64,000 nt of DNA from Acholeplasma sp. (GTDB taxonomy: Bacteria; Bacillota_I; Bacilli_A; Acholeplasmatales; UBA5453). The notes under the pieces are model-generated. The model was not told where the DNA came from and ran no database searches. It was given only the letters and a program-made list of their open reading frames with translations. Position 1 is the first letter of the stretch, and each line of letters begins with the position of its first letter. A program made the position numbers and the translations under genes. Positions 39,643 to 49,309 of the stretch are shown piece by piece. The stretch covers positions 64,001-128,000 of the forward strand of contig JAVBWN010000030.1 in assembly GCA_036677365.1 (NCBI GenBank). The letters are read 5' to 3'.

Positions 39643-42078
39643 ATGAGAAGGATTATTGCACTGCTATTATCGATTGCAGGATTGATTACAGCGGGCATCA
39701 TTGCTTATCAACACGGCGCATTCAACAATATGGATTTCGTTCTATACTATGCCATCATAATGGCGTTTTTTGGCGCGATTGTCGTATCGATTGAATTTAT
39801 TTTAAACCACAACCGTAAACAAAAGATCAAATCGCTCAATGCCCGATTGACCGCGTGGTCGAGTTTGTCATACCATGTGAAGCAAATTGGCGATGAAGCC
39901 TTTAATGAACTACCCATTGGGATTTTTCTTTATGACAACGATAATTTCACAGTCAAATGGAGTAACCCATTCGCCAATAAAATTTTCGGTTTTGACATCG
40001 AAAACGCCTTGGTTGGTCAACTTCATGAAAGCTTAGGTAGTTTGATTAAAGACCAAGCATCGGTGACCACATTTGCTGTAGGGGATAAGCGTTATGACGC
40101 CATCAGCAGCAAGAATAACCAAGCTGTTTATTTGTTTGATGTGACTTCTCGTGAAGATATCAAAGACAAATACCTCAAACGATCCACCGCATTCGGTGTC
40201 ATTTATCTCGATAACGTTGAAGAAGCATTGTCGGGATTCGATATTTATGAAAAATCCAATATCCGCGGTGAATATCTAGGGATCATCACCGACTGGATTC
40301 AAGAACACAAAGGGTATATTAAATTGTATACCGAAGACCGCATGACCATTGCTATGCACTATGAAGAACTACAAAAAGTGATGGCCAATAAATTTGAAAT
40401 ATTGAACCGCATTCGTGAGGTGTCAGCAAAACACCGCATCCGTATTTCAGCGTCCATCGGGATTGCCTGTTGGGAAGTTTCATTCGAAGAGTTGGGGACA
40501 CTCGCTCAAAATGCCATTGAACTCGCCGAAAAACGTGGTGGGGACCAAGCGGTTGTCAATATTCAAAATGAGAAGATCGCTTACTTCGGTGGTAAATCCA
40601 ACGCTTCTGAAAAGAGTTCAAGGGTACACGTTCGTATTCAATCACAAAACTTTAGAGAACTCATCGAAGCATCCTCTAACGTCGTCATCATGGGCCATAA
40701 GTTTGCGGATATCGATGCTTTAGGTGCAATGATTGGGGTCTTTAAAATGGCTTCTGCTTCTAAAAAAGAAGTGAAGATCGTATTTGACATCCCTGAAGTG
40801 GACAACACCGTTAAAAAAATCGTGCCATACTTAAAAGAAGAATCACCACATTTATACACACAACTCGACGAGTCCAAGAATATTTTAAAATTCATGAACA
40901 ATGACACCTTACTTGTCATCGTCGACACACAATCACCCAACATCGTCGCCAATCAAGAAGTATACAAACAAGCGAAGAAAATCGCATGTATTGACCACCA
41001 CAGACATGGTGAAAATACGTTTGAATCGATTTTTACTTATGTAGAACCATACGCATCATCCTCCGTTGAGTTGGTCGCAGAAATGATGGAGTTTTATCAA
41101 AAAGACATCGATTTATTACCCATTGAAGCAACCATCATGTATGGTGGAATCATCGTCGATACCAACGAATTCTCCTATCGAACCGGGACCAGAACGTTTG
41201 GTGCAGCCGCTTATTTGAAAGAACATGAAGCCTCTTCTGTACGTGTCAAAGAGTGGTTAAGACTCGATTTGGACCGCACATTATTGATCAACGAATTACT
41301 CAATAATGTTCAAGTCGTTACCAAAGGATTTGCTGTGGTCGTAGATGAGTCAAATGTGGTTAGAGACCGTGTTTTACTTGCCCAAACATCACAAAAAATC
41401 CTTGAGATTGAAGGTGTGAAGGCAGGCTTTACGATTGCGAGGGTCGATGAGGAATCGATTGGTATTTCCGCACGCAGTTATGATGAAATAAACGTCCAAA
41501 TCATCATGGAAGAATTGGGCGGTGGCGGTCACTTGAACAGTGCTGCTACACAAATTAAAAATCAAACGATTCCAGAAGTGTTTGAATCGTTGAAGACGTT
41601 GCTCTTAAGAGAACACGAAGAGGGAGATGAAAGAATGAAAGTAATATTAACAGAAGACGTTAAAGGCAGAGGTAAAAAGGACGACATCATCGATGTAGCG
41701 AATGGCTATGGTACATTCCTACTATCTTCAAGTAAAGCAATCCTTGCTTCGGATGAAAATATCAAAGCCATCGAAAAAGAAAAACAACTCATCAAAGAAC
41801 GCGAAGCTGAACACCTCGCCCTTATGAATAAGTTGAAACAAGAAATTGAATCCAAATCCGTCAACATCTTTATCAATATTGGTAATGATGGGAAATTGTT
41901 CGGTAGTGTAACCACCAAACAAATCGTCGAATCTTTTGAAGAACAAACCGGCATCCGATTGGATAAGAAGAAAGTTGAATTGACCTCCGAAATCAACTCT
42001 GTCGGTATTTATACAGCAACCGTATCGTTACACAAGGAAGTTAAAGCACAATTTGAAATCAATGTATTAGAGAAATAA
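39643..42078 (+). CDS. gdpP-rplI: GdpP-type c-di-AMP phosphodiesterase fused in frame to ribosomal protein L9
   Basis: 2 TM, PAS-like, degenerate GGDEF, GH..DIDALG, VDT, DHH, GGGH; then MKVILTEDVKGRGK..VANGY..GKLFGSVT (L9) with no intervening stop. Confidence 0.93.
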   Translation: MRRIIALLLSIAGLITAGIIAYQHGAFNNMDFVLYYAIIMAFFGAIVVSIEFILNHNRKQKIKSLNARLTAWSSLSYHVKQIGDEAFNELPIGIFLYDNDNFTVKWSNPFANKIFGFDIENALVGQLHESLGSLIKDQASVTTFAVGDKRYDAISSKNNQAVYLFDVTSREDIKDKYLKRSTAFGVIYLDNVEEALSGFDIYEKSNIRGEYLGIITDWIQEHKGYIKLYTEDRMTIAMHYEELQKVMANKFEILNRIREVSAKHRIRISASIGIACWEVSFEELGTLAQNAIELAEKRGGDQAVVNIQNEKIAYFGGKSNASEKSSRVHVRIQSQNFRELIEASSNVVIMGHKFADIDALGAMIGVFKMASASKKEVKIVFDIPEVDNTVKKIVPYLKEESPHLYTQLDESKNILKFMNNDTLLVIVDTQSPNIVANQEVYKQAKKIACIDHHRHGENTFESIFTYVEPYASSSVELVAEMMEFYQKDIDLLPIEATIMYGGIIVDTNEFSYRTGTRTFGAAAYLKEHEASSVRVKEWLRLDLDRTLLINELLNNVQVVTKGFAVVVDESNVVRDRVLLAQTSQKILEIEGVKAGFTIARVDEESIGISARSYDEINVQIIMEELGGGGHLNSAATQIKNQTIPEVFESLKTLLLREHEEGDERMKVILTEDVKGRGKKDDIIDVANGYGTFLLSSSKAILASDENIKAIEKEKQLIKEREAEHLALMNKLKQEIESKSVNIFINIGNDGKLFGSVTTKQIVESFEEQTGIRLDKKKVELTSEINSVGIYTATVSLHKEVKAQFEINVLEK

Positions 42079-42087
42079 GGTGAATTG

Positions 42088-43443
42088 ATGAGCCGTATCA
42101 TGCCATTTAGCCTAGAAGCCGAACAATCGGTTCTAGGTTCGGTATTCTTAAGTCCATCGGTTATGGTGGGTTTATTGGATAAATTGAATGATGAAGATTT
42201 TTATGATCGAAGAAATCAAAAAATCTTTTTTGCCTTAAGAAATCTCTATAATCGTGGAGACAAACTCGACTATACGACCGTATCGACTGAACTTGCTCAA
42301 ATGGGTGCGATGAAAGAAGTTGGTGTGGGTTATTTGTCCGAAATCACAGACTTGGTTCCAACCACAGCAAACTTAGATGCTTACGTCGACATCGTTAAAG
42401 ACTACGCCTTAAAACGTGCAGTGATTGATGCTGCTTCACGCATCATGGAAGATGGGTTCAATGACCAAATCAAAGCCACTGAATTTATTGACGATGCAGA
42501 AAAGAAAATTTTCGAACTGGTTAGACGTCGTAAAGCCAGTGAATTTGTCAGAATCGATCAAGTCGCTCATGAAGTTAAAGAAAAAGCCGAAAGCAGACGT
42601 AATAAAGGTGCTTTAACTGGATTATCTTCAGGATTTTCTATGTTTGACCAAATTACTTCAGGCTTACAGCCAGAAGAACTCATCATTTTAGCGGCACGTC
42701 CTTCGATGGGTAAAAGTGCTTTTGCAATGAACATCGCATTAAACGTTGCGAAACACAACGCCAACGGCGGTGCATCCGTAGCGGTATTCTCGCTAGAAAT
42801 GAGTAATGAGCAACTCGTCGGCCGTATGCTCGCTTCTGAATCCAGAGTTGAAAACAGAAGAATCAAAACCGGTGAATTGACACCAAAAGAGTGGCAATTC
42901 GTCGATACAGCGGTAGAGTCTCTTGGCAGACTCAATGTCTTCTTTGATGATTCATCAGCCATTTCGGTTCAAGATATCCGTTCTAAATGCCGTAAACTTC
43001 GCCAAGAAGGCAAACTCGATTTTGTCGTCATTGACTATCTGCAATTGATCAAAGGGGATGAAGGTAAAAACGGTTCATCCAATGTCAATCGTCAAGAAGA
43101 AGTTGCGAAAATATCGCGTCAACTTAAAACCATGGCCAGAGAGTTGAAAATTCCTGTCATGGCGCTGTCACAGCTTTCCCGTGGCGTAGAAAAACGCGAT
43201 GATAAAAGACCGGTACTTGCAGACTTAAGAGAGTCCGGTTCCATTGAACAAGATGCCGATATCGTCTTATTCTTATACCGTGATGAATATTATTCCCACG
43301 GTCAAGTCGATAATGGAGAGACAGAATTACAGTTTGCGAAAAATCGTCAGGGTTCTGTTGGGAACGTCCTACTCTATAAATTTGAGAAAGAATACTCACG
43401 TTTCTTACAAATCACACAACGTGATGATGAACCACGAAACTAA
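42088..43443 (+). CDS. dnaB: Replicative DNA helicase
   Basis: EAEQSVLG, AARPSMGKS, FSLEM, IDYLQL, SQLSR, LRESGSIEQDAD. Confidence 0.97.
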   Translation: MSRIMPFSLEAEQSVLGSVFLSPSVMVGLLDKLNDEDFYDRRNQKIFFALRNLYNRGDKLDYTTVSTELAQMGAMKEVGVGYLSEITDLVPTTANLDAYVDIVKDYALKRAVIDAASRIMEDGFNDQIKATEFIDDAEKKIFELVRRRKASEFVRIDQVAHEVKEKAESRRNKGALTGLSSGFSMFDQITSGLQPEELIILAARPSMGKSAFAMNIALNVAKHNANGGASVAVFSLEMSNEQLVGRMLASESRVENRRIKTGELTPKEWQFVDTAVESLGRLNVFFDDSSAISVQDIRSKCRKLRQEGKLDFVVIDYLQLIKGDEGKNGSSNVNRQEEVAKISRQLKTMARELKIPVMALSQLSRGVEKRDDKRPVLADLRESGSIEQDADIVLFLYRDEYYSHGQVDNGETELQFAKNRQGSVGNVLLYKFEKEYSRFLQITQRDDEPRN

Positions 43444-43478
43444 AAAAATATCGCATGGCGCGCGCCATGCGATTTTTG
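43443..43478. terminator. Bidirectional terminator (perfect 24-bp GC palindrome)
   Basis: ATCGCATGGCGCGCGCCATGCGAT 43450-43473, flanked by A- and T-tracts, between convergent genes. Confidence 0.85.
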
Positions 43479-43976
43479 TTATCGATCGTCTTCGGTATCT
43501 ACATCGACCACTTTACCAAATCGGAACCCCGTGGTTTTAAAGCTCATATAAGCATTTTTTTGAGGGAAGAATAAGGTATTGATGATCGGTATGAGTAAGA
43601 ACATAATCCACGTTGGGTGCCATGTTTCATACAGTAAACCAACCGTAATGTAAGCAGCTGTGATCAATATCCCTACCATTTTTCTCGCATCAATCTTTCG
43701 TTCAACGATGATATTGGTGAGAGGTACTAAGAAGAATACCAACCAGCCTGGATGCCAATAACCCAACCCAAATCCAAGCCACAAGAATAACATTAAAGAT
43801 ACAAACGGCATGACTTCGGATAATCTTTTCAAAACATTGCCAGTCAATAATATCCACGATAATGGGATCAAAAGGAAAAAGGTCAAACCCAATTCTAATT
43901 TTTCAAAATATAACCAAGCGGTCAAAAATAATAACAAACTGATGAGCGGCATCGCTGCCAATAAACGTCTTTTCAT
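43479..43976 (-). CDS. Hypothetical membrane protein with three internal WHPxW-type repeats
   Basis: GGGAG RBS; LGLTFFLLIP / WHPGWLVFFLVP / WHPTWIMFLLIP. Confidence 0.75.
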   Translation of the reverse strand: MKRRLLAAMPLISLLLFLTAWLYFEKLELGLTFFLLIPLSWILLTGNVLKRLSEVMPFVSLMLFLWLGFGLGYWHPGWLVFFLVPLTNIIVERKIDARKMVGILITAAYITVGLLYETWHPTWIMFLLIPIINTLFFPQKNAYMSFKTTGFRFGKVVDVDTEDDR

Positions 43977-44038
43977 GATATCACTCCCTAAACGCATTAT
44001 AACACCAAACAAACAAAATAAAAACCGCTAAACAGCGG

Positions 44039-44473
44039 TTATTTTAAAAGTTCTGACAACATCCAAATGTGTTTTTGAAGTGCCCCACGTGTTGTTGTGA
44101 GTAAATCCACAGTCACATCGTCTTCAACGGCTTCAGCCAATTGGATGCCTTCTTTTAGTTCAGCGTCGACTTGTCTAAAGTCATTGATGACAGATTTAAT
44201 CATTTCATCTTTGGTTTCTAGTCCAGTAGCTTCTTTTAAGCTTGCGAGTTCAAGATTACCTTTAAGGGTTGCTACAGGTTTACCACCAATCATCAGAATT
44301 CTTTCAGCAATTTCATCATAAATTTCAGTTACTTGATCGTACAATTCTTCAAATTTAGCATGTAATTGGAAGAAAAGAGGACCCTTAACGTACCAGTGGA
44401 AGTTGTGTAACTTCGTATAAAGTACTGCAAAATTCGCGACTTCTTTGTTCAACAATTGTTCTAGTTTATTCAT
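44039..44473 (-). CDS. dps: Dps / MrgA ferritin-like DNA protection protein
   Basis: HNFHWYVKG, LHAKFEELY, DEIAERI, KHIWM. Confidence 0.95.
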   Translation of the reverse strand: MNKLEQLLNKEVANFAVLYTKLHNFHWYVKGPLFFQLHAKFEELYDQVTEIYDEIAERILMIGGKPVATLKGNLELASLKEATGLETKDEMIKSVINDFRQVDAELKEGIQLAEAVEDDVTVDLLTTTRGALQKHIWMLSELLK

Positions 44474-44608
44474 TGTATTTCCTCCTTAAGTATCTATTAT
44501 GATTATACCATAAATGCGCATCATAATAAAATAGTAGGCATTTTTTGGTTTTCATAGAAAAAAATACCATAATATGATATGATTATTAAGGCTTAGGAGT
44601 GAATAACC

Positions 44609-45676
44609 ATGTTTGAAAGATTAGACCTTATCTTAAAAAGATACCAAGAAATTACACAGCTATTGATGGACCCGGAAGTGTCTGCAGATATCAAAAAAAT
44701 GACTGCGCTCATGAAGGAACAAAGATCATTAGAAAAAACCGTAGAAACATACCAAAACTATTTATCTAAACAAGACCAAATCGAAGGCTTAAAGTTAATG
44801 GCTGAAGACACTGACCCAGAGATTTCTGAAATGGCTAGTTTAGAATTGATTGAGATTGAATCAGCATTAGAACAACTCGAAGAAACATTGAAGATTTTAT
44901 TATTACCAAAAGACCCGAATGATGATAAAAACGTCATTGTTGAAATCAAAGGGGCTGCTGGTGGCGATGAAGGCAATATTTTCGCTGGGGATTTGTATCG
45001 CATGTATGCACGTTTTGCAGAAGCGAATCGTTGGAAGATTGAAATGTTGAATGCCGATGAAGGCGCTATGGGCGGCTTTACTTCCATAGAGTTCATGATT
45101 TCAGGGGATAACGTTTATTCATCATTGAAATATGAAGCTGGTGTCCATCGCGTTCAACGCGTGCCGGAAACTGAATCTCAAGGTAGAATTCATACCTCAA
45201 CAGCCACCGTTTTAGTCATGCCAGAAGCAGAAGAAGTTGAAATCGATGTGTCCTGGAACGATATTCGTGTCGATACCTATAACTCATCCGGTCCAGGTGG
45301 ACAATCGGTCAACACGACCAAGTCCGCTGTACGCTTAACCCACGTCCCTACAGGTACAGTGGTGGCGTGTCAAGAAGGTAAATCTCAGCACGAAAACAAA
45401 GACAAAGCATTTAGATTACTCAAGACCAGAATTTATGATGCCATACTTCAAGAACAACACGATAAAGAATCGTTACAACGTCGTTCTTTGGTAGGGCGTG
45501 GTGACCGTTCGGAAAAAATCAGAACCTATAACTACCCACAAAACCGTGTGACAGACCACCGTATCAACCTGACATTGCAGCGTTTAGATGCCATCATGGA
45601 AGGTAGACTGGAATTGGTGTTAGAACCACTTCACAATGAATTTCAACGCAGACAATTGGCAGGGGATGTCGAATGA
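44609..45676 (+). CDS. prfA: Peptide chain release factor 1
   Basis: HRVQRVPETE (PxT), GPGGQSVN, IRTYNYPQ. Confidence 0.97.
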   Translation: MFERLDLILKRYQEITQLLMDPEVSADIKKMTALMKEQRSLEKTVETYQNYLSKQDQIEGLKLMAEDTDPEISEMASLELIEIESALEQLEETLKILLLPKDPNDDKNVIVEIKGAAGGDEGNIFAGDLYRMYARFAEANRWKIEMLNADEGAMGGFTSIEFMISGDNVYSSLKYEAGVHRVQRVPETESQGRIHTSTATVLVMPEAEEVEIDVSWNDIRVDTYNSSGPGGQSVNTTKSAVRLTHVPTGTVVACQEGKSQHENKDKAFRLLKTRIYDAILQEQHDKESLQRRSLVGRGDRSEKIRTYNYPQNRVTDHRINLTLQRLDAIMEGRLELVLEPLHNEFQRRQLAGDVE

Positions 45677-46524
45677 CCTACAAAAGTTTGTTAAAGAAAG
45701 CCGAAAAGAAAATTGAGACGACAGAATTAGAAACCGAAGCAGCAAAATGGTTGTTGATGCATGTTTCTAATTTGACCCCGTCACAATTTTATTTGGCATT
45801 TGACCAAGAAGTTGACGCAAAAATTGAAGCCCTCTTTTTAGAAGGCATCGAACGTTATATGGCATATACCCCAATCCAACACATCATTGGGTATCAAACC
45901 TTTTATGGGTATGATTTCATCGTCAATGAGGATGTCTTGATTCCAAGAAAAGAAACCGAAGAGTTGGTCGAACAAGTCTTGTATTATTATGATGATCACT
46001 ATCAAGGCAAAAAGATCGATGTTTGTGATATTGGCACAGGTTCCGGATGCATTGCCATCACATTGGCAAAAGAAGAAAAGAATCTAAATGTCGTGGCAGC
46101 CGATATATCTGAAAAAGCGTTGGCTGTTGCTCAAAAAAATAACGAAAAATTGAAAGCCAATGTGCGCTTTTATGCAGGTGATTTGTTATCGCCACTTAAA
46201 GGTATGAAGTTTGACATCATTGTTTCCAACCCACCCTACATTCCCAATCAAGAAGATGTCGCGAACATTGTGAAAACCCATGAACCAAACATCGCCCTAT
46301 TTGGTGGCGATACTGGGATGATTTTCTATGAACGGATCTTGAAGGATTCAAAAAACTACCTTAAAGACAAAGGCTTAATTGCTTTTGAACACGCCTATGA
46401 TAAACGCGAGGCGATGTATGCGTTGGCTAAATTTTATTATCCTAAAGCCAACATCATCCAACTCAAAGATTTATCTGGGAAAGACCGAATGACACTCATT
46501 GAGGTGAATGCTCATGATGCCTGA
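45673..46524 (+). CDS. prmC: Release factor glutamine methyltransferase
   Basis: VLIPRKETE, DIGTGSGCI, SNPPY, HEP..ALFGG. Confidence 0.95.
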   Translation: MTYKSLLKKAEKKIETTELETEAAKWLLMHVSNLTPSQFYLAFDQEVDAKIEALFLEGIERYMAYTPIQHIIGYQTFYGYDFIVNEDVLIPRKETEELVEQVLYYYDDHYQGKKIDVCDIGTGSGCIAITLAKEEKNLNVVAADISEKALAVAQKNNEKLKANVRFYAGDLLSPLKGMKFDIIVSNPPYIPNQEDVANIVKTHEPNIALFGGDTGMIFYERILKDSKNYLKDKGLIAFEHAYDKREAMYALAKFYYPKANIIQLKDLSGKDRMTLIEVNAHDA

Positions 46525-47119
46525 TGATTATACCTTTGAAGATGGGTTTATGCCCGATGGTTCAATTGTCATCTTCCCAACCGATACAACTTTTGGTATC
46601 GCTTGTCGACTATATGACAATGAAGCGTTAAATCGCATTACAAAGCTAAAAAACAATGACAAGTTTAATTATGCCGTATTGTGTGATACGTTGGTATCCA
46701 TCAATGATTTAGCCGTGATTGATCAACGCGCAAAACAACTGATGATGGCTTTTTGGCCAGGTGCGCTCACCATCATTCTACAAAGTACAAAACCACACTT
46801 TGAAAAAACAGGAGAAGCCAAAATTGCTGTTCGAATACCAAACCACAGTGGGGCTTTGAGTTTGATCAAAAAGAATGGCCCATTGGTTACGACATCACTC
46901 TCAAGTGAAGACCAAGACTTACTGATGGATTTGAATAAAATCAAAATGGGTTACGCTGACAAGGTGGATTATATTTATGAAGAGTATAATAACTTCTACC
47001 TCAACATGGGTTCTACCACCATTGACTTATCGGAACCAGAGATTAAATTCATTCGTATTGGTTCAATCAAAGAATCCGATATTTTATCCGTCATAGACCA
47101 GACCAATTACCATATTTAG
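46514..47119 (+). CDS. tsaC: TsaC/YrdC family threonylcarbamoyl-AMP synthase-like protein (divergent motifs)
   Basis: FPTDTTFG, FWPGALT, AVRIP, STTID, IRIG; follows prmC. Confidence 0.75.
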   Translation: MMPDDYTFEDGFMPDGSIVIFPTDTTFGIACRLYDNEALNRITKLKNNDKFNYAVLCDTLVSINDLAVIDQRAKQLMMAFWPGALTIILQSTKPHFEKTGEAKIAVRIPNHSGALSLIKKNGPLVTTSLSSEDQDLLMDLNKIKMGYADKVDYIYEEYNNFYLNMGSTTIDLSEPEIKFIRIGSIKESDILSVIDQTNYHI

Positions 47120-47192
47120 TGAGGAAATTTAGACTTCCTCACTTTTTCTTTTTACTATGCTATAATATGAGTAAACTTGCATCGGGGGAACT

Positions 47193-48428
47193 ATGAAAAA
47201 ATTAGATCGAACACCGTTTAATATGGACAAAAAACCCGTCAAAGAAAGACGTGTTTTAATGCCTCTGGCTTGGGCTTTGTCATTTCCATCCACTTGGAAA
47301 AGAAAACTAAAAGTCAACAAGGTAGATATGGAAGGATTAAAACCACCCTATCTGCTTTTGTGTACGCACCACGCATTCATCGATTTTAAAGTAACCACCG
47401 TCGCAACCTTCCCGAGAAGATTGAATTGGGTTGTGGCCATCGATGGTTTCTTGTTTGGAGAATACTTACTCAGAAGTGTAGGTGCCATCTGTAAACGAAA
47501 ATTCATCAATGATTTAAAGTTGGTAAAACACATTAAATATGTCTTTGAAGAACTCAATGGCATTGTGGCTTTATACCCTGAAGCACGGTATTCTTTGATT
47601 GGGACGACGTCGATTTTACCGGATTCTTTAGGCAAGTTATGTAAGATGCTTAATGTACCGGTCGTTGTATTAAACATGCACGGGAACTATTTGACCCAAC
47701 CACAATGGAATCTAGACATGCGTCATGTACCACTGGCTGCAGATATGACACAAATCATTTATCAAGATGAACTCAAAGATTTATCGGTAGATGTCATCAA
47801 TGAACGCATCCGTAAAGCCTTTGAATACGATGAGTACCAATGGCAAAAAGACAACAAAATAAAAATTGATTTCAAGGACCGTATGAAAAATATACACAAG
47901 GTCTTGTATCAATGCCCTAGTTGTTTAACGGAGCACCAAATGAATAGCGCTGAGAATCGCATCTGGTGTGAAGCTTGTGGTAAAACCTATGAACAAGACT
48001 TATATGGTGTCTTAAAAGCCACCACAGGGGAAACAGAGTTCTCACACATCCCGGATTGGTATGAATTTGAACGCGAACAAGTCAAAAAGCAAATCCTTGA
48101 AGGCACTTACCGTATCGAAGATGAAGTTAGAATTGAGTCTTTACCGAATGCGAAAGGTTTCCATGTGCTAGGCGATGGTAAAATGGTTCACGATACACAT
48201 GGATTCTGGATCACTGGGGATTTTGATCCGAATTTTGATTTGATCCGAGAACCGCTTTCTTTATATGGATTACACATCGAATATAACTATAAAAACCGTG
48301 GAGATGCCATAGATATCTCAACCACCGATGACTCTTATTGGATTTTCCCAAAAACCAAAAAAGACATCGTCACCAAACTCCATTTTGGGGTCGAAGAACT
48401 CTATAAATTGGCAAAGAAAAAGGGCTAA
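47193..48428 (+). CDS. PlsC-like acyltransferase with C-terminal Zn-ribbon
   Basis: THHAFID (HX4D), YPEARY, CPSC..CEAC. Confidence 0.8.
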   Translation: MKKLDRTPFNMDKKPVKERRVLMPLAWALSFPSTWKRKLKVNKVDMEGLKPPYLLLCTHHAFIDFKVTTVATFPRRLNWVVAIDGFLFGEYLLRSVGAICKRKFINDLKLVKHIKYVFEELNGIVALYPEARYSLIGTTSILPDSLGKLCKMLNVPVVVLNMHGNYLTQPQWNLDMRHVPLAADMTQIIYQDELKDLSVDVINERIRKAFEYDEYQWQKDNKIKIDFKDRMKNIHKVLYQCPSCLTEHQMNSAENRIWCEACGKTYEQDLYGVLKATTGETEFSHIPDWYEFEREQVKKQILEGTYRIEDEVRIESLPNAKGFHVLGDGKMVHDTHGFWITGDFDPNFDLIREPLSLYGLHIEYNYKNRGDAIDISTTDDSYWIFPKTKKDIVTKLHFGVEELYKLAKKKG

Positions 48429-48439
48429 ACGATAGCCCT

Positions 48440-49153
48440 TTATTTTTTGGATTTGAATGCACTGGGTAAGAATAACAAAACAATCAATACCAAACCCACC
48501 AACGACATCACACCAAGGTAAGCAACGTAGCTGACATCTTCGATGACAAATTGGAATGGACTGCCATTACCATAGTGTAATAACATATAATCGGTATCCA
48601 AAATGAAGTTGAGTGTGTTCGCAAAAGCAGCGGCTAATAACAACACAAATAATGCTTGAATGAAGTGGGTAAATTTCGGTACATAGCGTTTCGATAGCAC
48701 CAAATACACGGAGAAGAAAATCATATTGCCATGGTAAATAAAACTATGAAATGGCAATACTTCCGTGACGGGGAACCATTGGTCTGAATTGCCCAAGACA
48801 TTTGATGGGTACAACAAAACCAACAATCCAGCCAATAGCCCAACGGCATAAGTGAATGGTGTCATGAATTTCGCAAACTTACCTTTACCAAAAGCGACAA
48901 TCGGCATCACATAAAGAGAAAAACTACACAAATTGAATGGGTACATATATGCCCCGATGCTCCCATCGGTTGCGATGGTATACGTATATTTGAATAATTC
49001 TAAGGCGATTAAAAACAAAGCACTCATCCGCAAAATCACTTTTCGATTGACAGATGGTCTTAAAGAGAGCCATAAAAACAAGACGATGAATACAATGGTT
49101 ACTAAGGAACCGGATAAGTGTTTCATTCCAAATACTGCAGGTGTTAATATCAT
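48440..49153 (-). CDS. YwaF/TMEM164-like membrane protein
   Basis: FGMKH, PFNLCS, SFIYH, TDYMLL; multiple TM segments. Confidence 0.75.
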   Translation of the reverse strand: MILTPAVFGMKHLSGSLVTIVFIVLFLWLSLRPSVNRKVILRMSALFLIALELFKYTYTIATDGSIGAYMYPFNLCSFSLYVMPIVAFGKGKFAKFMTPFTYAVGLLAGLLVLLYPSNVLGNSDQWFPVTEVLPFHSFIYHGNMIFFSVYLVLSKRYVPKFTHFIQALFVLLLAAAFANTLNFILDTDYMLLHYGNGSPFQFVIEDVSYVAYLGVMSLVGLVLIVLLFLPSAFKSKK

Positions 49154-49309
49154 GATTGGGTTACCTCTTCCATGCTATATGATACTCGATAACTTAATTA
49201 ATTTCAATGTTTTCAGTAAAAACGCTTTTTTTTCAAACTTGTGTAAAAAAAATACGTAAATAATGGGTTTGTGATATAATGATAAAGGCTTTAAGAAAGA
49301 AGTGAAATT

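Noticed and set aside
43450..43473. Perfect GC-rich 24-bp palindrome as a REP or mobile-element end
   Set aside because: Single copy, flanked by A/T tracts between convergent genes; a bidirectional terminator explains it.
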